From NCBI RefSeq assembly GCF_020037015.1, contig NZ_JAIQDE010000007.1, positions 243,886-307,885 on the forward strand: a DNA stretch of 64,000 nucleotides, written 5' to 3'. Source of the DNA: Corallococcus sp. AS-1-6. GTDB taxonomy: Bacteria > Myxococcota > Myxococcia > Myxococcales > Myxococcaceae. Below the pieces are notes generated by a model. It worked only from the letters and a program-made list of their open reading frames with translations. It ran no database searches and was not told where the DNA came from. A program made the translations under genes and the position numbers. This document shows, in pieces, positions 26,258 to 34,400 of this stretch. Position 1 is the stretch's first letter. Every line of letters starts with the position of its first letter.

Positions 26258-29200
26258 GTGGAGAGCCAAACTTCCAATGCCAGCATCACCTCCCTGCGCG
26301 TGGGCAGTCTGACCCACGTGCGCGTGGCCGGGGTGATCGACGAAACCTTCCCCCTCTCCCCAGCCTCCAAGGGCCTCCAGGGCCTGGTGGTGGTGGACCT
26401 GGGCCTGGTCGAGCGCATCAGCTCCTTCGGCGTGCGCCGGTGGATTGAGTTCGCCGGCCACCCGCCGCAGGGCGTGTCGGGGCTGTACGTCGTCAACGCG
26501 CCGCCGGTGGTGGTGGATCAGCTCAACATGGTGGAGGGCTTCGCGGGCGTCGCGCGCGTGCTCTCGCTGCTGGCGCCGTACTCGTGCCGCTTCTGCAAGG
26601 AGGACCGGCTGCGGCTGGTGCGCCTGGTGGAGGAGGCGAAGGTGCTGGAGCAGGGCGGGGCCCCGCCGCACCAGTGCCCCGTGTGCGCCCAGCCGCTGGA
26701 GTTCGCGGACGAGCCCACGGAGTTCTTCGACTTCGCGCGCCGCCAGCAGTTCTCCGCGGTGGACCCGGCGGTGCTGCGCTACCTGCGCTCCGGCATCCCC
26801 TCGGAGCCGTCCGAGCTCTCGTCGCACCTGAAGATCATCCAGGACGACATCACCTTCATCACCCTGGCCAGCACGCTCAAGGGCGACCTGAACGTGCGCC
26901 GGCTGGCGTCCGGCCTGGAGGGGCGCGTCGCGTTCGACTGCTGCCACGTGAGCGTGGTGGAGCCGGAGGCGCTGCCGCGCATCGAGCAGGTGCTGGAGGT
27001 GGCGTCGCAGGGCGCCCAGGTGGTGCTCTGCCGCGTGCCGCCGCCGCTGTTGGCCGTGCTGGCGAAGTCCACCAAGACGCTGCCCGCGAAGCTGGCCACG
27101 CTGTGGCTGCCGTGCGACTGCCGCAACTGCGGCCAGGTCACCCACCAGCGCATCCAGACCTCCGAGTACCTGGAGGTGCTGCGCTCCAAGGGCACCATGG
27201 AGCGCGTGTGCCCCGTCTGCGGCGGCAGCGCCCGGGCTCCGGCGCTCTCGCAGTTCCAGGGGCTGCTCGCGCGCACGCCGCTCACCGACAAGCCGCTGGA
27301 CGACATCGAGGCGCTGGAGCAGCGCGCCCTCAGCCAGTACCTCTTCGGCTCCACCAACCAGGACCCCGGCGCCAAGGGCACGTCCGCCACGGACACGCAC
27401 AACAGCGGCGCGCGGCTGCAGATCATCCGCCGGCTGGGGCAGGGCGGCATGGCGGAGGTCTTCCTCGCCAAGCAGCAGGGCGTGAAGGGCTTCGAGAAGT
27501 TCGTCGTGATGAAGAAGATTCTCGCGCAGTTCGCGGAGAATCCTGAGTTCGTCGACATGCTCTTCGCGGAGGCCCGCGCCAACGCGCGCCTCACGCACCC
27601 CAACGTCGTGCAGACCTTCGACGTGGGCGTGACGGACGGCGTGGCGTACATCCTGATGGAGTACGTGCGCGGCCCGGACCTGAAGCGCCTGCTCACGGAG
27701 CTGCGCCGCAAGGGCATGGCGCTGCCGCTGGAGCACGCGCTGCGCATCGTGGCGGAGGTGGCCGCGGGTCTGCACTACGCGCACAGCTACGTGGACCCGT
27801 CCGGCACGGCGCACCCGGTGGTGCACCGCGACGTCAGCCCCCACAACGTGTTGGTGTCGCTGGACGGCGCCATCAAGCTGTCGGACTTCGGCATCGCCAA
27901 GGTGCAGGGCGAGGAGCACACGCAGGCGGGCGTCATCAAGGGGAAGATCTCCTACCTCTCCCCGGAGGCCGCCAGCGGCCGCCCGCTGGACTGGCGCAAC
28001 GACGTGTTCGCGCTGGGCGTGGTGCTCTTCGAGCTGCTCACCGGCCAGTTGCCATTCCGCCGGGACCACGACGCGGCCACGCTCGCGGCCATCGTGCGCG
28101 AGCCCGCGCCGGTGCCCTCGCAGCTTCGGCCCCACATCCCGCAGGACGTGTCGGACCTGATCCTCCGCGCGCTGGTGAAGGACCCGGCGCGGCGCACGCC
28201 CTCCGCGGCGGCGATGCGCGAGGAGATCGAAGCCGTCATCGCGCACCACCGGCTGTCCTCGTCGCCCGCGTCGGTGGCGCAGTTCTTCAAGGAGGCGCTG
28301 GGTGACCGGCTCTCCGAGTACGCGCCGTCGTCCATCGCCGGCTCGGGGACGGGCTCCAACCCCCGGGCGCTGATGCCGGGCACGGGCTCGCACTCGCGCA
28401 ACCTGGGCACGGGCTCCGGCAGCGACATGCGGGCCCCGTCGGACCTGTCCCGGCCGCCCGTGCGCGGCGGCTCCGGCAGCATGCCCCGCATGGAGCCGCC
28501 CCCGGTGGCCTCCCCGCCGGAGCCCGCCGAGCGCGGGACCGAGGTCGTCTCCGTCTCCTCGCCGCCCGTGGCCTCGCCTCCGGTGGCCCCGCCCGTGGCC
28601 GCCGCGCCCCGTCCGTCGCGCCCGGCCGCGGCTCCGCCCACGTCGCCGCTGCCGCCGCCCTCCGCGGTGCGCCCCGCCGCGTCCGCCAACGTGCCCACGC
28701 GCGTGGGCCCCCCGCCGCAGGCGCCCGCGCGCCCATCGGTGTCGGTGCCCTCCGTCGCCCCCATGACCGCGGCCCCGCCGCCGCCCCCTGTGTCCGCCAT
28801 GCCGCCCCCGCCGCCGCATGGGGGCACCCACGCGCAATACGGGGTCGCCCACGTGCAGCAGGGAGGCGCCCCGCAGCCTCAGGCAGGTGCCTACGCACCC
28901 CAGGGAGGCGCCTCGCAGCCGCAGGCGGGTGCCTACGCGCAGGGAGGCGCTTCGCAGCCGCAGGCAGGTGCCTACGCGCCGCAGGGAGGCGCTTCGCAGC
29001 CGCAGGCAGGTGCCCACGCGCCGCAAGGGGGCTCTCCGCGGACGTCAGGCACCCACGCGCCGCCGACGACGGGCACCCACGCCGCCTATGGGGGGAGCCA
29101 TCCCTCGTCCGTGGCCGCGCCGCCGCCGCCTGTCTCGGCGCCCATGGCCCCGCCCACGCGGGCGCCAGCGGCCCACGTGGCCCCGCCGCCGGCTCCCGTC

Positions 29201-29752
29201 CACGCGGTCTCCCCCACGGCTCAAGCGCCCGCCGCCGAAGCGACGGCGAAGGGGCTGACGCCCGGCCAGCGCAAGGGGCTCATCGTGGGCGGCGTGGCCC
29301 TGGTGCTCGCGGGGCTCGCGCTGGTGTTCCTGCTGCCCAAGGGCGGCGTGGAGGTGCGCAACGCCCAGGAGGGTGAGCGCGTCTACGTGTCCGGCGTCCT
29401 GCTGGACGCGAACCAGGGCCTGCCCGAGGGCAACGCCGGCTGGCTCATCTCCACGGCCGTGGACGGCAAGCTGCACCGCTTCGGCAAGGTGCCGAGGTCG
29501 GAGCACATCGACCTGCGCACGCTCGCGGACGCCCCGCCCCAGGCGGAGGCCCGGGGCACGCTCAGCGTCACCGGTGCGCAGGGCTGCCGCGTGGCGCTGG
29601 GCTCGCAGGTGCTGGAGGGCCAGACGCCCCTGTCCAGCCAGATGCCCGCGGGCCGCGAGTTCGAGGTGCGCGTCACCTGCGGCGGCAAGCCGGACCTCGT
29701 CCGCTGGGTGATGGCCGTCCCGGGACAGGGCGTCGCGCTGGACGTGCCCTGA
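26258..29752 (+). CDS. serine/threonine protein kinase with N-terminal double Zn-ribbon region, Pro-rich repeat region, one TM helix and C-terminal PEGA-like domain
   Basis: Two Cys4 clusters are CRFCKE...CPVCAQ and CDCRNCGQ...CPVCGG. Hanks kinase motifs are GQGGMAEVFLAK, VMKKI, HRDVSPHNVLVS, DFGIAKV and SPE. A TM helix IVGGVALVLAGLALVFLL is present. The C-terminal VYVSGVLLDANQGLPEG...VRVTCGG region is PEGA-like. Confidence 0.9.
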   Translation: MESQTSNASITSLRVGSLTHVRVAGVIDETFPLSPASKGLQGLVVVDLGLVERISSFGVRRWIEFAGHPPQGVSGLYVVNAPPVVVDQLNMVEGFAGVARVLSLLAPYSCRFCKEDRLRLVRLVEEAKVLEQGGAPPHQCPVCAQPLEFADEPTEFFDFARRQQFSAVDPAVLRYLRSGIPSEPSELSSHLKIIQDDITFITLASTLKGDLNVRRLASGLEGRVAFDCCHVSVVEPEALPRIEQVLEVASQGAQVVLCRVPPPLLAVLAKSTKTLPAKLATLWLPCDCRNCGQVTHQRIQTSEYLEVLRSKGTMERVCPVCGGSARAPALSQFQGLLARTPLTDKPLDDIEALEQRALSQYLFGSTNQDPGAKGTSATDTHNSGARLQIIRRLGQGGMAEVFLAKQQGVKGFEKFVVMKKILAQFAENPEFVDMLFAEARANARLTHPNVVQTFDVGVTDGVAYILMEYVRGPDLKRLLTELRRKGMALPLEHALRIVAEVAAGLHYAHSYVDPSGTAHPVVHRDVSPHNVLVSLDGAIKLSDFGIAKVQGEEHTQAGVIKGKISYLSPEAASGRPLDWRNDVFALGVVLFELLTGQLPFRRDHDAATLAAIVREPAPVPSQLRPHIPQDVSDLILRALVKDPARRTPSAAAMREEIEAVIAHHRLSSSPASVAQFFKEALGDRLSEYAPSSIAGSGTGSNPRALMPGTGSHSRNLGTGSGSDMRAPSDLSRPPVRGGSGSMPRMEPPPVASPPEPAERGTEVVSVSSPPVASPPVAPPVAAAPRPSRPAAAPPTSPLPPPSAVRPAASANVPTRVGPPPQAPARPSVSVPSVAPMTAAPPPPPVSAMPPPPPHGGTHAQYGVAHVQQGGAPQPQAGAYAPQGGASQPQAGAYAQGGASQPQAGAYAPQGGASQPQAGAHAPQGGSPRTSGTHAPPTTGTHAAYGGSHPSSVAAPPPPVSAPMAPPTRAPAAHVAPPPAPVHAVSPTAQAPAAEATAKGLTPGQRKGLIVGGVALVLAGLALVFLLPKGGVEVRNAQEGERVYVSGVLLDANQGLPEGNAGWLISTAVDGKLHRFGKVPRSEHIDLRTLADAPPQAEARGTLSVTGAQGCRVALGSQVLEGQTPLSSQMPAGREFEVRVTCGGKPDLVRWVMAVPGQGVALDVP
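28859..29032 (+). repeat. in-frame imperfect tandem repeat (about 4 copies of 39-42 bp) encoding QGGA(S/P)QPQAGAYAP units inside the kinase gene
   Basis: Units of cagggaggcgc(c/t)tcgcagccgcaggc(a/g)ggtgcctacgcgcc are directly visible in the sequence and repeat head to tail. Confidence 0.75.
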
Positions 29753-29783
29753 GCCGGACAGGATGACCCGGGCCGGGGGGAAC

Positions 29784-29800
29784 GCCGCTGACACAGCGGC
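29784..29800. terminator. hairpin between convergent kinase gene and small Cys-rich ORF
   Basis: gccgctg-aca-cagcggc forms a 7-bp perfect stem, flanked by G-run and C-run that can extend the stem with one mismatch. Confidence 0.35.
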
Positions 29801-29808
29801 CCCTCCGG

Positions 29809-30114
29809 TCAGTCGTGGGTGCCCACGTGCAGGTCGCCGTGGCGCACGCAGACCCAGTGGAAGGCGCAGGAGCACGCCACCGCGCGCGCGTGCGTGCAGC
29901 AGCGCCCCCCGAAGTCCTCCGGCAGCAACTCGCGCTCCATCGCCGGCGGGGCCGGCAGCTCCCTGGGGGCGCCCCTCCCGGAGTCCGCGGGCGCGCTGCC
30001 GCAGCAGCCGCGCTGGAGACAGCCGGGGCACAGGGACAATTCGCAGTGCGCGCACCAGTCGAACACCTCTCCGGCGGTGCCACGGCGCTCACAACCTCCA
30101 CAGGCGTCGAACAT
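29809..30114 (-). CDS. small cysteine-rich protein (101 aa), putative Zn-ribbon/B-box-like metal-binding protein
   Basis: ATG at 30114 is preceded by GAGGAGG at 6-nt spacing (minus-strand reading of 30121-30127). The product is MFDACGGCERRGTAGEVFDWCAHCELSLCPGCLQRGCCGS...CCTHARAVACSCAFHWVCVRHGDLHVGTHD, 15 Cys of 101 residues with CxxC pairs. This is the 3' 101 codons of an otherwise artefactual 407-aa ORF. Confidence 0.55.
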   Translation of the reverse strand: MFDACGGCERRGTAGEVFDWCAHCELSLCPGCLQRGCCGSAPADSGRGAPRELPAPPAMERELLPEDFGGRCCTHARAVACSCAFHWVCVRHGDLHVGTHD

Positions 30115-30357
30115 GGACGGCCTCCTCGCTTGCTTGTGAAGGACGGTAGAGCAGGGGTCCGACATCACGGGTCGTGCGGGGACGTCTGGCGCTCCGGGAG
30201 GAGGGAAGCGATGGCTGGCCGACGCTCGCGCCACGCACCTTCCACGGGTGGACGGGAGGGAGGACGCACGCCGGTCCGTGAGCCCTTGCGGCGTTGGCCG
30301 GGGATTCGCATGGAACAGGGGCTCACGTAGTTCCAGTTTTTCGGGGAGGACGCAGTC

Positions 30358-30888
30358 ATGCGCAGACACCGCCGCATCATCGGAGTGTTCGGCTCCGGGG
30401 CGCACTCCCACGAGGAGTGGGTCGTCCCCCTGGCGCGGTGGATCGCGGAGGCCGGGTTCGACCTGCTCACCGGCGCGGGCGGCGGCGTCATGAGCGCGGC
30501 GGCGGGCGCCTTCGTCCAGGTGGAGGGGCGGCGGGGGGCGGCCATCGGCATCATCCCCGGCACGGTGGGCCCGGACGGCCGCTACCAGCCCCGGCCCGGC
30601 TACCCGAACACGGACATCGAGATCCCCATCTACACGCACCTGCCGCTCAGCGGAGAGCAGGGCACGGACCCCATGAGCCGCAACCACATCAACGTGCTGA
30701 CGCCGCACGCGCTGGTGGCGCTGCCCGGGGGCGCCGGCACTGCGGCGGAGGCCTCCCTGGCCTTGCGCTATGGCAAGCCGCTCATCCTGCACGGCCCAAC
30801 GGAGGTGTTCCGGCGCTTCCCGGCGGAGGCCGAGCGCACCACCTCCCTGGAGCGGGTGGCCGAGTTCCTCCTGGCCGCCACCCGGTAG
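30358..30888 (+). CDS. LOG-family / TIGR00725-like Rossmann-fold nucleotide-binding protein
   Basis: The N-terminus is IGVFGSG, followed by the GAGGGVMSAAAGA glycine-rich loop and PGGAGTAAE. GGGGAGGA sits 8 nt upstream of the ATG. Confidence 0.8.
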   Translation: MRRHRRIIGVFGSGAHSHEEWVVPLARWIAEAGFDLLTGAGGGVMSAAAGAFVQVEGRRGAAIGIIPGTVGPDGRYQPRPGYPNTDIEIPIYTHLPLSGEQGTDPMSRNHINVLTPHALVALPGGAGTAAEASLALRYGKPLILHGPTEVFRRFPAEAERTTSLERVAEFLLAATR

Positions 30889-31021
30889 GCGGCAGGCGGG
30901 CTGAAGCAGGGCCTGGCCGGGGGGAAGCCACCCCACGGGGTGGCAAAAGATTCTAGGATGGACGGCACGGGGAAGGGCGTGCACCGCGCGCGCACGCCCG
31001 GCACCCGTCACGTCCGCCATC

Positions 31022-31426
31022 ATGCTCATCAACCCCGACTATCCGCTGGCCAGTTGGTTCCTCGCGGTCTCCACCTCGGTCTTCCTGGTCGTCTACGCGC
31101 TGCCGCTGCTGTTCATCCCGCTGCGCTGGGCGCGCTGGTTCGGGTGGGAGCTGCCCACGGGCAACAACGACTTGACGGTCTACTTCGCGCGCTGCCTGGG
31201 CGGCCTGGCGCTGTCCGTCATCATCGCGGTGGTGCAGTTCATCCCGGACCCCAGGAGCCACCTGGTCATCTTCGAGCTCATCGGCCTCATCGGCGGCCTG
31301 ATGACGGCGGTGCACATCTGGGGCGCGCTGAAGAAGCAGCAGCCCTGGCTGGAGACGGCGGAGATCCCCCTCTACGGCGCCATGTGCCTGGGCGCCCTGT
31401 ACCTGCGCTACGCGCACCTGTCCTGA
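31022..31426 (+). CDS. small integral membrane protein (about 4 TM), function unknown
   Basis: The 134-aa ORF has hydrophobic segments, including LASWFLAVSTSVFLVVYALPLLFIPL, GGLALSVIIAVVQFI and VIFELIGLIGGLMTAV. It ends 19 bp before the cyclase gene. Confidence 0.5.
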   Translation: MLINPDYPLASWFLAVSTSVFLVVYALPLLFIPLRWARWFGWELPTGNNDLTVYFARCLGGLALSVIIAVVQFIPDPRSHLVIFELIGLIGGLMTAVHIWGALKKQQPWLETAEIPLYGAMCLGALYLRYAHLS

Positions 31427-31444
31427 GCGGAAAGCCCTTCAAGG

Positions 31445-34400
31445 ATGCCCTCCACGCAGCCCATTGATCCCGCTGTCGCGATGCTGGCGCCATACATGCC
31501 GGCGGCCATCCTCGCGCGGCTCGGGAGCCAGGAGGCGGACGCGCTGCCCCGGGCGGAAGGGGTGCGCGGCGCCATCCTGCTGCTGGACATCGCGGGCTTC
31601 ACGCCCATCGTGGTGGGGCTGAGCGGCGCGGGCCCGCGCGGCATCGACGCGCTCCAGCGCCTGCTGACGAACTACTACACGGAGATGATCGACGTGGTCC
31701 GCGACCACGGCGGGGACATCTACCAGTTCGCCGGTGACTCCATCCTCGCGTGCTTCGAGGCCGCGCCCGGGGAAGCGGACGCGGACGTCGTGCAGCGCGC
31801 GGCGGTGTGCGCGCTGGGCGTGCAGCGGCGGCTGGCGCGCTTCGCCCGGCTGGAGCTGCTGGGCCAGCGCTTCGGCGTGTCGTCGCGCATCGGCATCGGG
31901 TTCGGGGAGGCCACCCGCATCGTGATGGGCGCCACCGGCCTGTGGATGCACCCGGCGCTCGTGGGAGAGCCGCTGGCGCAGGCGGTGGGCGCGGAGAAGC
32001 AGGCCACGGTGTCGGAGGTCGTCCTGAGCCCGCGCGCCTGGGCGGCCCTGCCGGAGTCCGCGCGCAAGGGCGAGCCGCGCGAGGGCGGCAACCACCGGCT
32101 GGCGCTGGACGCGCCGGTGGAGTCGGTGAAGCGCCCGCTGCCCGCGCCCACGGGCGGCGCGGAGCTGGTGGGCCGGTGCGCGCTGCTGCTGCACCCGGTG
32201 CTCTTCACGAAGATCACCACCGCGCACCAGGAGTTCGCGGGCGACTTCCGCGACGTCACCTGCTTCTTCGTGCGCTTCACCCACGCGCAACCGGACGCGG
32301 ATCCGGACACCTTCACCCGCGACCTCAACGCCTACTACGAATATGTCCAGCGCGAGTCCGCCCACCACGGCGGCGTGCTGCTGATGACGGACTTCACGGA
32401 CAAGGGCAACGTGCTCTACGTCCTGTTCGGCGCGCCCACCGCCCAGCAGAACAAGGAGGTGCTGGCGTGCCGGCTGGCCTGCAAGCTGCTCAAGGCCCGC
32501 GAGCAGTTCCCCTTCCTGGACGAGCTGCAGATCGGCATCGCCACCGGCCACGCCTACTGCGGGGACATGGGCTCGCCCACGCGCAAGGGCTACTCGGCGC
32601 TGGGCGAGGTCGTGAACATGGCCGCGCGCCTGATGACGCACGGCGGACGCCAGGACGGCGTGCACCTGTGCGCCAACACCCAGGCGCGCTCGCAGCAGGG
32701 CGGCTTCGCCACCGAGTTCGTGGAGGACGCGAAGCTCAAGGGCGTCTCGCGCTCGGTGCCGGTGTACCGCCTGCTGGGAGAGACGCGCCGCGGCCTCTTC
32801 ATCAAGGGCCGGGGCGACATCATCGGCCGCAGCCGTGAGCTCAACGTGCTGCACGCGTCGCTCAACGCGGCCTTCGCCGGCCAGGGCCGCGTGTGCGTGG
32901 TGTCCGGAGAGGCGGGCATTGGCAAGTCGCGGCTGGGCGCGCGCGTGCTGGAGGACGCGGAGGAGGGCGGCGCCCGGGCGCTGTACGGCGTCTGCTACTC
33001 CTACGAGGCCTTCACCCCCTTCTTCCCCTGGAAGGAGGTCCTGCTCCAGGCGTTCGGCCTGCACGACTCGGACGACACCGACGCGCAGCTCGCGCGCCTG
33101 CGGCAGGGGCTGGAGGGACTGGAGGACGTGGGGCCGGAGTGGATCCCCGTGGTCGCGGGCATCCTCGGCATGTCGCTGGAGGAGACGTCCGCCACCGCCG
33201 GGATGGACGCGCGGCGCAAGCAGCAGAAGGTGTTCCAAATCGTCTTCCAGCTCCTGGAGAAGCTCAGCCGCGCGCAGCCGCTCCTGCTCTTCTTCGAGGA
33301 CCTGCACTGGGCGGACTACATCTCGTTGGACCTGCTCCAGTACCTGGCGGTGCGCGTGGGCTCGCACCGCATCATGGTGCTGGCGACCATGCGCCCGGGC
33401 GACCAGCTCCGCGGGCTGCGCGACCTGCCGGAGTTCATCCCGCTGGACCTGGTGAGCCTGGACGACGAGGACACGCGGGCGCTGTTGCGCGTGCACCTGC
33501 GCCTGTCGCCGCCGGACGTCGCGCTGGAGGACCGGCTGCTCGCGAAGGTGCAGGGCAACCCGTTCTTCATCGAGTCCATCGTGGAGGGCCTGGCGGAGCA
33601 GGGCTACCTGGGACCGGTGGAGCCCGGCTCGCCGCGCATGGAGTTGAAGCGCGGCCTGCAGGACCTGCTCCTGCCGGACTCCATCCAGGACGTGGTGCTG
33701 TCGCGCATCGACCTGCTCAGCGAGACGGAGAAGCTGGTGGTGAAGGTGGCGTCCGTCATCGGGCGCATCTTCACGCTGGACGCGGTGGCGGCGCTGGTGC
33801 CCACGCTGGGCCACGCCATGCTGCGCGAGGCCATGGACACGCTCCAGCGCCTGGGCCTCATCCTGCTGGAGACGGAGGAGCCGTACACCTGCCTCTTCAA
33901 GCACATCGTCATCCGCGACGTGGCCTACAACACGCTGCTGGTGTCCGCGCGCGAGGACCTGCACCGCCGGCTCGCGCGCTACCTGGAGGCCCGCGCCAAC
34001 GACAACCTCGCGGGCTCCGCGGGTCTGCTCGCGTTCCACTTCCTCGCGGGCAACGTGGAGGACAAGGGCCTGGAGTACACGCTGATGGCGGCCCGCAGCG
34101 CGCGGGCGCAGTACGCGAACGACGACGCGCTCTACCACTACAACCGGGGCCTGGAGCTGCTGGGCACCGTCGTGCCGGTGGACCCGGAGGCGACGCTGCT
34201 CCAGACGCGCCGGGTGATGCAGGAGCTGGCGGAGACGCTGCTCCAGGCGGGCGACTACGCCAACGCCATCCTGATGTTCGAGCAGTGCCTGGTGGACGAG
34301 GAGGAGCCTCCCCGCCAGGCGGAGCTGCACCTGGGCCTGGGCCGCGCGCACCAGGAGAAGGGCGAGTCCGCGCTCGCCACGCAGCACCTGGAGAAGTCGC

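Noticed and set aside
25676-29026. 1116-aa minus-strand ORF antisense to the Ser/Thr kinase
   Set aside because: The kinase motifs are clear on the plus strand. The antisense product is Arg/Gly-rich.
30115-31032. Upstream 306 codons of the 407-aa minus ORF 29809..31032
   Set aside because: That portion runs antisense through the well-supported LOG-like gene and has an Arg/Pro/Gly-rich product. Only the 3' 101 codons, with their own ATG and RBS, are retained as a feature.
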